A stretch of DNA of 64,000 nt from Ylistrum balloti (Eukaryota): assembly GCF_031769215.1 (NCBI RefSeq), contig NW_026782081.1:2232001-2296000 (forward strand), in the 5' to 3' direction. The notes below the pieces were generated by a model. The model did no database searches, was not told the origin of the DNA, and saw only the letters and a program-made list of their open reading frames with translations. How positions within the stretch are numbered: the stretch's first letter is position 1; every line of letters begins with the position of its first letter. The position numbers were made by a program, and so were the translations under genes. Of the stretch, positions 13,210 to 24,040 are shown piece after piece.

Positions 13210-13730
13210 CAGAATGTTACAATAAATTTTATATAAAGGCTAATTGAAACCAGTATTGTGGGTTGAAAGTTCTGAAGAGACACAGAGTGTACAGCGTAAA
13301 CGATAAGGTAAGCGTTGGCTGCATACTGTTACCAGAAGCTCCTGCATAAGGGGTTGCCTGCAAAGGCTGCTCTGGTACGCCTGGCTACTGATACAAAAAC
13401 TGACACCTCACCTTAGTACTTCGTAACAGCAGGACACTGGCAGGCGACGTCGGAGCTGTACGGTGGTCAGCTCGGCAACGTGCCTGTAGTAGTGACAGTG
13501 TCGTGGTGCTGACAGGCTGTTGAGTGTTGATCTACGTCCAGGCGACGGTGTAGGGAGGACAGGGGTACTGTCCCTCCTATTGTAGTGTATATTGATATAT
13601 TGTTTGTGTTGTTTTGTTCAACTGTTCGGCCAGGTAGCCGAGGCTCGCCTGTGGAGCAGGTGATAAATTGAGAGCCCGGCGTATCAGGGTGCACGTTATA
13701 TTCGGCTATCAGTGTATATTGCTTTTTTTT
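13210..13730. mobile_element. Unclassified GC-richer insertion, possible solo LTR
   Basis: Abrupt rise in GC/CpG content, TGTTAC near the left end and 'gcacgttata' near the right. No convincing ORF and no target-site duplication confirmed. Confidence 0.2.
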
Positions 13731-15061
13731 TCTTTTTTGTGTGTGTTTTTTTTTAAAAAACATTTTCATCTCCAAAAGTAACGATTATATACGAAATTAT
13801 CCGTCTCTATATAATGATTCCCTCCTTTTTATATAATAATTTATAATTAAAGTTTTGTTCAAACACAACAATGAAATACCAACATGTCAGCTGGTCCGAA
13901 TTTATGTGACAGACATTTTTTTATATTGGTCTTGAGTGGATAAACGTCAGAACTCCGGCCCTATGTGATGAAACCACGTGACTCATGAGATCCAGCGATA
14001 CCCAAGGTATTTCCTAAAAAAGTTATTACCAGTATTATTAAAAACAATTAGTTTAGTCGAATATAAACATATACTCCCAGCTTCATTTCATCTACGAAAA
14101 CGAATTTTAAATAATTTATTTCATAGTCATAATGTTGACATTGGCTCCATCCTTTGTACAAATGATACAGACGTGAAGTGGAATTATCATAGTCTGAGCG
14201 TTTAAGCATGAGCAAGAAGTAGCGAGACTATAGACATGTAACTAGAGGAGTGTGCGCGTGGCTAACACAAATGTGGGGAAATTGTACGTTTAGTTAGTAT
14301 GTTGGTATTATGAGACATATGTCCTGTTTGAAAATATTGTAAATACAGAACAGACCTTTCGATCTATGTTCGATGTGCATATGAAAAACAATTAATTTCC
14401 ACAATTATCATTTGATTACCGACCCAGGCACAGGTCGTTTATTTCAGTCACTTTATGTGGGACCGGAATTCTGACAGTCATCGACTCCAGACCGATATAA
14501 AAATGTCGATAAAACGTCAGAATAATTCGAACTACATATCGACATAGTCATAATCCAAACTCAGAGTCATTATAACTAGGGCAAAATATGAACGGAAAAA
14601 AAAGAAAGACACGGAGATTTCTGAAAAAGTACAAGGAGAACAAGATCAGTGTTTCGGAAGAGTAATCATCTTCTTCTTCATCGACGACACCCGACTCGTA
14701 TAGCTCTTTAACCAAGCCTTTGTGAAAACTGCTGACCACCATTCTTAGAACTATCGAATCTTGGTTACAGTCTTATTGTGATAACGTTTACTCAAGAAGT
14801 GGAATAAATACCATGCAGATTTTAAAGAACTCTAAGAACTTTTGTCAAATCTTCAAAACTCAAACACGTTTTTGCTACAAGAACATTTGATTTCCCCCTC
14901 CTTTGTACCACTATACACATCATGTGTTGGTTGATTGCTTTTGTTTTCATACAAGGCTGAACTTATTGAAGAACTTATAAAACAGATCACAAAACCTCGC
15001 AAACTCGTTTTTACTCTGAGATACTCTAATAACATCTTTAAAGAATTATTGACCACGTCCA

Positions 15062-15690
15062 TTGTATATACCCATCAGAATTGAAATAACACGACATGCT
15101 CTTCTACATCTGCCGCTTTTCTCCACAACGAAACCAAAATGGACAGCTTTCTACAGCATACAGCTGTATGATAAGCACGATGAATGCAATTTCCGATTTG
15201 TGAACTTTCCGTCTCTGCTTAACAATATCCCAGCATCCATAACCTGTGGCTTTAACATGTCGCAGTTGATTCGATATTCAAGGGCCTATTTCCATTATCA
15301 CGATTTTCATGCAAGAAGACTGACGGACAAACTAGTAATACAGGGTTTCAAAAGATACATGTTGCTGAAAATCATTGTCGTTAGTGATCTCATTAAGAAA
15401 TATTTTATTTCTTTTTTATGTGATATGAGGCTGGACGCGTTCGATGCTCGTTAGTTTGCTTGCTGGTTACTTTGTTGTATACATTGTTCTCATTTGAGAA
15501 TTTGACATTACTTGCATTTGATTGACCAAGGTTTATAGGGTGGATGTCGTCGATGAAGCATAAGACGCCTACTCTTCCGGAACACTTGGTTTTATTATCC
15601 TAGTTATTTTTTTAGAAGTCTTTATATTTTTCATTTTGTCCTGGTTTTATTGATTGTGAGTTTGGATTATGTTGACAGGTTATTATTTTC
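15062..15690 (+). mobile_element. Penelope-like retroelement remnant, second copy
   Basis: ORF 15062..15454 contains QLYDKHDECNFRFVNFPSLLNNIPASITCGFNMSQLIRYSRAYFHYHDF...TDKLVIQGF. It is followed by the shared tail gacgcctactcttccggaacacttgg...tttggattatg. Confidence 0.75.
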
Positions 15691-15784
15691 TTATTTTAAA
15701 ATGACAGTTAAAAACCCTTGTTAATGTTCAAATAATCCCTTTGTAGGATAAGATTATCATTATTATCGTTACATATGGGTCCGG

Positions 15785-16331
15785 CGCTTATTACAACTCT
15801 TCTAAGGATTTTTGTATCGCAATTCTCCTTTAAAAATATTAGATGTTGTCAATTATGTTTGGCAATTGAGTGGAACATTAGCGTCCTTCACATATCTTGC
15901 GTAAGGAAGGCTGATGTGGGGAATCGCACACATTGTATAACCATGAAAATCACGATCTCTTTGTTACTACAACATTCGGGCAGTTGAAATTCTGTACCGC
16001 TCTTTAGATAGTAACAGGGCATATTGTGAATGTATAATGAACCTACATCAAGGTTTGTCGGGTCTGACGCTTATCACAACTCTTCTAAGGATTTTTGTGT
16101 CGCAATTCTCCTTTAAAAATACTAGATGTTGTCAAATCTGTTTGGCAATTGAGTGGAACATTAGCTTCCTTCACATATCTTGCGTAAGGAAGGCTGATAT
16201 GGGGAATCGCACACAATGTATGACCATGAAAATCACGATCTCTTTGTTACTACAACATTCGGGCAGTTGAAATTCTGTACCGCTCTTTAAATAGGTACCG
16301 GGTATAATGTGAATGTATAATGAACCTACAT
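15785..16331. repeat. 283-bp tandem duplication (2 copies)
   Basis: cgcttat(t/c)acaactcttctaagg at 15785 and 16068; the copies are highly similar with scattered substitutions. This explains the twin ORFs 15775..15987 and 16037..16270. Confidence 0.93.
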
Positions 16332-16819
16332 TTAAATTTGTTACGTGATTTACTAGTGACAAATCTGCAGCTTAGACACGTTCACCACTAATCGATAAAG
16401 TTAAAGTAATTATTGATTACATAAGGTAAAAATTCACCACCAATAATTTTATCAAAAACAATAAGAATGCAAATATCAATTAGACAGAAAGAGATCTAGG
16501 ACTTGTAAGTATTCTATCCAAAAATGAAGTCCATCGATATATCCCGCAATCACTAAGGAGATCTTACTCTATGATATGATTTCAAGTGCATTGTTACACA
16601 ATACTGAATTAGGGAACAAACACCATTAGAGTCAGCAGAAATACCCGACTGAGTGTGAAGACCGCGTAAAAAGGTGGGTATGTAGAACGCAACACGCCTT
16701 ATCACCCACAAAAGTAGGACGATTTTGGTGGAGACAAGTATTGCCAAGCAGCCAAGGTAAACAAAGATTTGGGCTACATGGTGCTATATATTCCCACCAA
16801 GTGGAACAAATAATCATAT

Positions 16820-16980
16820 TCAGGATGGTGCGAAGGTCTCAAGTCGAGTAAGTTTTTCATTTTACACCTGGTTTTATTCTCCTTGTTCAGAAATCTCCAT
16901 GTAAACGTTTCCTTTCTTCATATTTTGATCTGGTTTCATCGAATTTTAGTTTGGGTTATAGTTATGTACCGTAAGTACTT
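16820..16980 (+). mobile_element. 3' tail remnant of the same Penelope-like family
   Basis: 'catttacacctggttttattc...tttgggttatagttatg' aligns by eye with the tails near 2490-2600 and 15580-15670. A similar remnant lies at about 18740-18930. Confidence 0.5.
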
Positions 16981-17905
16981 TTAATGGCATTTCACACCTT
17001 TGACTTAACATTACATATTTAAGGTTGCCAATTTGTGACTGTTTCCATCATGGCAATATCTGTTGAAGATAATTTATTAGTAATAATAAAACGGCAAATT
17101 TAAAATTTCAATATATTCATTGCAGTAATGATAACAAACACCATCAGAAAATTTTATTTTTAGATTGTTGTAAAGTGTCAATTATTCAGTTTTGGTTCTC
17201 ATTGTTAAAATATACATGCTCTTAGATGAGTTTTCATTCAAATTTTATGAAACGGGACACAATTAAAAATTTGAAACGAGTTTTATAAAATTTCGTATGA
17301 AATGAAAAATAAATTTCAGACAGGTTTTAACACGGAGCTCAGAAAATTAAAATCTGACAGGTTTTAAGGTAAAGATATTGAGGACAGTGTAATATAAAAA
17401 AAATGATTCAGGGTATATCACACGAGTGACATATATTACATTAGCGAATGCACTGGATTACAGGCGGGTTATGTGATGAAAACGTCAAGAGGAATGCAGC
17501 CGGATGATTCATTACAATAAATTAAGGAAATTTCTCTCGGTAAATTGTAGGCACATGGTATAACTTTATCACACGATGGTGTCATAACATTTGTGGACGC
17601 ATTCCAAAGGTGTTCATCACCAAGGATAACCAATGATACGCAACAGGCCATTAAGTTTGATAAGAGTATGTACAAAAAGTGTATTGTTCATCTTTACCTT
17701 TAAGTTTATATAGTGTATGAAATGCTACTACTATGAAAACAAAATATGGCACATAGTTAAAATCTCAGATCAAAACAAATTTATCTCCCATTAACGCACC
17801 TCCACTACAGTCTATCAGGGAATATATTTGATTTTGACACAAATTGGATGTGTATAGGAATGTGTGCATACATGTCTGATATGTATGATATTGTCTTGTA
17901 CACAG

Positions 17906-20900
17906 GGAAGGAGGCGATGAACCCATGGTCACACTCTACCAGATAGGACGCGCTCCACATTCGCCAAGTTTAACGCCGTTTGCAATCAAATTGGAGACCT
18001 ATCGTAGGATAGCTAAAATTCCATATAAAGTTGGTTCTAATGTAGTTTGGCCCAAAGTGACCATGACATTTGATGGACCGTATAACACCAATCAAAACAT
18101 AAGTCTAATGTCGTTGTAGATATGATAAAAACATGAATAGTGAAATTATTTTCAAGACAGTAATATTACGAGGAATTACCATAAAATGTTATCTCGTAGT
18201 CTTCCATGTTAAAAACAGTTTTTGGCAATGTTGTTAAGGATTATCTGTAAATACTTCTGTCTCTGTCGTCCGTTTCAGAATGACCACAGAGGGAAGGCCA
18301 GTTCCAAGGGTAAAGTCCCGTGGATTTCATATAACGGGAAAGGCATTGCCGACTCGGAGTTCTCTATAGAGTTCCTGAACAAGGAACGCAACATAAATCT
18401 AAACAGTCACCTTAACGATGAACAGAAAGGAGCGTCCGCGCTTTTCAGAAGATGGTTGAAGAAAACACATACTGGTAAGTATTATCAGTATATGATAGAT
18501 CTCAAGTATACATAATAGGTAAATGATGCAATGTCTATAAAACTGGTCTCTACACAGCATCTTTAGGTATCTGATACGTCTTAGAATACAGACATTGTGT
18601 TACTAATTGTAGAATTATTAAGGATGTGGTTGTCTTTGACTTATTTTGCATGGCGATGATTTAGTAAAATTTAATGATTTCTTCATAAGATTATTTTAAA
18701 GTTTTACGGTTGTGTTCCTTATGGGTACATGGTTAGTTCTCATTATGGAATGTGGTATCACTTACTTGGATTGACCAAGAGTCCCATGAAGACGCTTACT
18801 CTTCTGGGACATCTGGTCGTATTCTTTTCATTCTCCTTGTACTTTTTCCAGAGTCTATACGTAAATATTTAGTTCATATTTGACCATAGTTTTATCGCAT
18901 TTGAATTTGAATTTCATGGTTGTTTTTGTAACATGCTGTCTTAAAGCTTTAGATTAATTTTCTTGATTCGATGACAAATTTACACTTTTATCATATGCTT
19001 GTCTTGTTAGAGAGCACTAACACCACCATGTAATATGATCTATTGTTACGAAATAGGATGATATTAAGTCACTAACTCGTCAAATGCCTGAAATCAACAT
19101 CGAAATCAAAGAACCGAGATGACGCCAAAACAATACAAACGTTTTCGTTCGTGTGATAGAGGCATCTTAAATTCATGTTCAATTCACGTGAAATTCCTGA
19201 TTTGTAATAAATTTGTATAAAATTTGGTAGTCAGCTGTAATTTTAAAATTTTCGTTTAATGTTTGTAACTTGCATGTCTCGATGTTGACCCGATAGCTTT
19301 GTATGTTTGTGTTTTGACCCAGGCAATTTTGCTTATATTGATGATGACCTTGATATCTTTTTTGTTTAGGTGTTGACACCGGTAATTAACTGTTTTGGTG
19401 TTGACTCAGATAACATCACATATTTAATTGTTNNNNNNNNNNNNNNNNNNNNNNNNNNNNNNNNNNNNNNNNNNNNNNNNNNNNNNNNNNNNNNNNNNNN
19501 NNNNNNNNNNNNNNNNNNNNNNNNNNNNNNNNNNNNNNNNNNNNNNNNNNNNNNNNNNNNNNNNNNNNNNNNNGTTTTGATGCTGACCCTGATAATTTGG
19601 TATATTTGAGCGTCGAAGACATAAGAAAATAACTCTTTCCTCAATAGGTCGTTTTAGTTAAGTTCTGTTTTTTTGACAGTCTTGTTGTGTGTCCGTACAT
19701 GAGATGCTTTTCTTTAATTCTTTAGTATTTTAGTGTTTCTCCAGCGTATTTTACTATAAACGTACCGTGTGCATAATATAGGTACTGCTTTCCTTTTTTA
19801 AGAAGAAAGTGTTATATACCAAACACCTGGTCAACATAATTAACATTATATTGTTATCTTAAATATGTCAGTTATGTGTTACTTTATGCTTTTATTAAAT
19901 CTTTGACGAAGTGTCATTAAGTAGCTGTATATGTCAAATTAGTTCTTTCTTATGTAATATAGACACGTATTTCACTCATCCTTCCGCACAAATGCTTTAT
20001 TTTAGTAAAAAGAAGAAACGAATTTCTATAAAATTATCTGTTTTGTGGTCATTAGCAGCTAGTATACAGCGGCTGGTTTAACACATTAGGTTTTGGATTA
20101 ACGGTGTCATACCCCTTTTTTGTTTTTAACATAAAACACATCAGATATACCTAAGAACAGTTAAAATTCATATCATATTAATTTTATAAATATGAAACAA
20201 CTTATCAGTGAGATCAACTTGATATGAATATTTCTTCTGACTTAAGGTTTTAGTTCTTGATCGCTGGTTGTATGACAAAATAAACGTTGCCGCCATTACC
20301 TTCGGAGTTCCTAGGTTTATGAGGTGGCTTCCGAGAAGAAGGTTCACGCGTATGGCCAAGAATCATGGAATTGGACGACATAGCCAAGTGGAAGTCGAAC
20401 AAATTCTGCGACATGATGTCAACGCCATATCCGGTTATCTAGGTACAGAAATACTTAAAAAATACTGCATGGCTACAACTCACCTGATTACGTAGTTGTT
20501 GTTAGCATAAATATATCTTATATTACACAAAGAGATATGCAGCACATGTGATTGAAGCAGAAGGTAACCCCAGTAGAAATGTATAATATATTCACAATCC
20601 TGTTATAGATTTTATATTAGAATACCAAATAATAACCTGTTGTCCAGCAACCTCTATTGTGACTTCGTTTTACTAACTTATGTGTAAGTCCTGTTTGTTT
20701 TATACCATAATGACTCTTAACGTGTTTCAAGTTAAAGCAACGAAAATAGGCATCGGTTTGATATATGCATTACAGTTATAGAAACGATGTTTGCATTGCT
20801 TTGTTTTTTTTAAGTCAGGCTCAAAAAAGTTCCTGTTTGGAGATCAGATGTCCCAGTTTGATTGTGCTATCTTTGGTCAGCTAGCCGCGATGAGATATGA

Positions 20901-21370
20901 ACCATTTGGTGGAATAGCTGGACCCATCGTTGAAGGTAAATGTTGTCTTTTGAGAAAAAAGCACGATGAAATTACAGTTTTAGATGGAGAAGGTAACTTG
21001 AAAGGGAAATAATGTGCATATGAAATTAACAACTGCAATTTTTGGTAGTGGTGTTTATTTATCTATTTATTTATTTATTTTTTTTGGGGGGGAGTGGGGG
21101 TGGTTAAAGGGATTTATGTTTTAAGACAAATATTGTTCTTTGATTTTGCTATATTTATCGACGCTTTGCGGGGTGTAAAATCTGTTCATATCATTAACAT
21201 TCAAAAATATTTTGACGATACTCATGTATCGATATTCACATTCGTTGTTTCATTTTTTAATTTTAGAGTTCCCTGCTGTGTGTGCTTACCTTGACCGCAT
21301 AAAGGTAGAATACTGGTCAGATTGGGACGAATGTACGACAGGTGGTGGAACCAGGAAGGCCACCAAATAA
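17906..21370 (+). pseudogene. FAXC: FAX (failed axon connections)/metaxin GST-like gene with two 1-nt frameshifts
   Basis: Exons 17906-18029, 18279-18474, 20247-20442, 20819-20935 and 21267-21370. Motifs: PSLTPFAIKLETY.RIAKIPY, SSKGKVPWISYNG..IADSEFSIEFL, (R)AFQKMVEENTYW (shifted frame), LDRWLYD, GIGRHS, KFLFGDQMSQFDCAIFGQLA, AYLDRIKVEYWSDWDE. One base is missing near 18436 and one near 20247. The first exon was not located. Confidence 0.85.
19433..19573. other. Assembly gap (141 N) within an intron of the FAX-like gene
   Basis: Run of N. Confidence 1.
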
Positions 21371-21589
21371 ATCGTCATTATAACTAAGGCCTTCTTTACG
21401 ACGGCTACCGGACATGTCGATAAAAAAAAGTCCGGAGACACTTTTTCCCTAGTATATCTCACCTACAACATACATTACCTTGATCACGTATTCGAAACAC
21501 TCTCAGACTCATTTCTTAGTATAACTTACTATGTATTCTATAGATCTCCAGACTACACATCTCGTTAAGCATATGGTAACATATCTTTA

Positions 21590-21790
21590 TATTGCAATCA
21601 CCTTTGTTCGGCGACGTCCGTCTTGCGTCCGTAATTTTAAAAACGCTTTCGACTTCTCAAAATCGCCTGAACCGATTTGGATGAAATTTGGCAGAAATCT
21701 TCCATGTCCTAAGATGAACCAAATTACCGAAAGATATATGAAAGCTTATTTCATACACGTGTTGTCTTAAGTCCCTCTTCATTTTACAAA
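21590..21790 (+). mobile_element. Remnant of a 'cgtccgtc...atgaaatttgg' non-autonomous element (HINE-like)
   Basis: cggcgacgtccgtcttgcgtccgt...gaaccgatttggatgaaatttggcag is a motif string I recognise from bivalve interspersed repeats; not verified. Confidence 0.45.
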
Positions 21791-22353
21791 TCCATTTACA
21801 TTGTTTATTTATTTAATCTAAATTACATGAATTTCGACATAGTTGTATTTTCGCATACTTTCGCAAGAAATTCCTCATAACTAGTGTCGGTTAGTTTTGT
21901 AAAACGTAAGAAAAGATAATATTTTCACATACCTATAGATATGCCAGTGATTGGTAACTAGTAAGACGTCAGCCTTACAGCCGGTTTGACCACTTTTGCA
22001 ACAGTTTCGATTTCTAGATGCGTTCTTCGGATTCATCTGTACAATGTATCCTATGCAATATCTCCGGTATTCCATTAATTTCATTATTTCATTAACGTCG
22101 GCAATACGTTTTCATAGATGTACATGTAAAGTAATTATAATATATATTATATAAGCCAGTACATTTTAATTAGTATCTTAACACTTGACTGCATGAATAT
22201 TATTGTGAATAATTATTAACATTTTTCGTGCCGTTGAAATTTTTATAGAAACAATTACATTTGTCTTTACCTACCTGCATCAACGTCCATAGGCATTTAT
22301 TCTGAAAACATTACTTCATGTTATCTGATCATTTGCAAGCGTCCTATAAAAAC

Positions 22354-22684
22354 AGTAAATTATTCCTGTGTGGTATGGACTGAAAATGCCGCGTCAGATA
22401 AGAAAGTAAATTATTCCTGTGTGGTATGGACTGAAAATGCCGCGTCAGATAAGAAAGTAAATTATTCCTGTGTGGTATGGACTGAAAATGCCGCGTCAGA
22501 TAAGAAAGTAAATTATTCCTGTGTGGTATGGACTGAAAATGCCGCGTCAGATAAGAATGTAAATTATTCCTGTGTGGTATGGACTGAAAATGCCGCGTCA
22601 GATAAGAAAGTAAATTATTCCTGTGTGGTATGGACTGGAAATATGCGTCGGATAAAAAGAATAAATTAATATTGTGTGGTATGG
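22354..22684. repeat. 51-bp minisatellite, about 6.5 near-identical units
   Basis: Unit AGTAAATTATTCCTGTGTGGTATGGACTGAAAATGCCGCGTCAGATAAGAA at 22354, 22405 and onward. Confidence 0.97.
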
Positions 22685-24040
22685 AGATTTCGTTGAATAC
22701 TTATTCTTTTCTACCTCTTTAAAATGTCGTGCGCGATTTTAACAGGGGCCTATGAGAATGTCGGTCAGAATTGTATTGGAGTAAAAGTTATGATAACCCA
22801 AGCATGATTGGGTATATAGTGATAAGCTGTCTGTGATAATTTTATGATATTGTTTCAATCACCCTAATATTCTTTGTAAGGAAGGCTTGACTAATCCCTT
22901 TCTTTTTGTGATCGGACGAATTAAATGCCTGCTTTCTTGACGTGGTTGACACAAGTGTTGTTAATACTACCGCATGGCGTAATTCTAATTTGATATATTG
23001 TTGAAGAATGTCCTGATGAGGAAGTTTGACATATCAAGGTTTTCCTTGTCGAAATAGATTAGGCTTTGTCTCTGAACATTTTGAATTTTTGATGATTTCT
23101 GTCTAGTTGATTAAATTAGTTGGTTAAATTCTAAAGAATCACGTAAGTTACATACAAATTATTTAGTCAGTCCATCAAGACATTTTTCTGCTGTTACTTT
23201 TCCAAAAGATTAATATTACATAATGATAAAACTAAATGCGTTCGGCCGATTTAAGGTTCCATTCATACTACCATCAATTAAATCCATGAGCGGAGGTCGA
23301 TACACGGTCTTATCTGGATTGGTTACAGCATAAAACTAATGAATGGCTACGATCTATTAGGATAGTATGATATGAGTGCACTTCAATATATTTTATTGAT
23401 GAGTTTACCTTCATACTGCATTATCTAGTAACCTATATGTCCGTATACTTTTAGTAAGATAATATATTAATCTGATTTCTTGATATTATTTTAAGCAAAT
23501 TTGATATAATTATTCATCTTTTAATTTGTTTTTATCAGAAGTGCCATTTTGTCAACTCGTTAAATTGAAACGCTTTTACATTAATGTAAATACCGAATAT
23601 TAAAGAAAAACAATTACGCAACCTGTTCTTGTCTTTATTAAACTATTAAGGTTTGAATTTCATGTCGGTTCTGAATGAGTGTTTAAATTTATACTTATCA
23701 TGATAAAAAAGGCTACTGTAGTTTACAAAATTTCACGTGTTTCGCTATTGATTAAAGGAAAAATTCATAAAAAATCACTTTGTTCATATAACTTTTTTTA
23801 GTATAATTTACATTTATTTTTGGATCGAAACTATCTGAACAAAATTATAGATTGCGTTTTTAATGTGTTTCCATACATACAACAAATATCAAGATTTCGG
23901 GGAAGACAAATGACATAATCACATGTATCCATTGTGTACAGTTGTTTATATTATAATAATTTATTATAGACGATTCAGATAGCTGTTGCACAGTCGTTTG
24001 CACATTTATATAGTCCAACTGGTGTTCCATTAAATTCCTG

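Noticed and set aside
22354-22684. CRISPR-like appearance of the 51-bp array, and likewise the 30- and 33-bp arrays
   Set aside because: Units are contiguous with no unique spacers, there are no cas genes, and the context is eukaryotic.
23013-23054. CTGATGA...GAAA hammerhead-like core
   Set aside because: Stem II does not close properly next to GAAA and no stem I/III with an NUH site was found.
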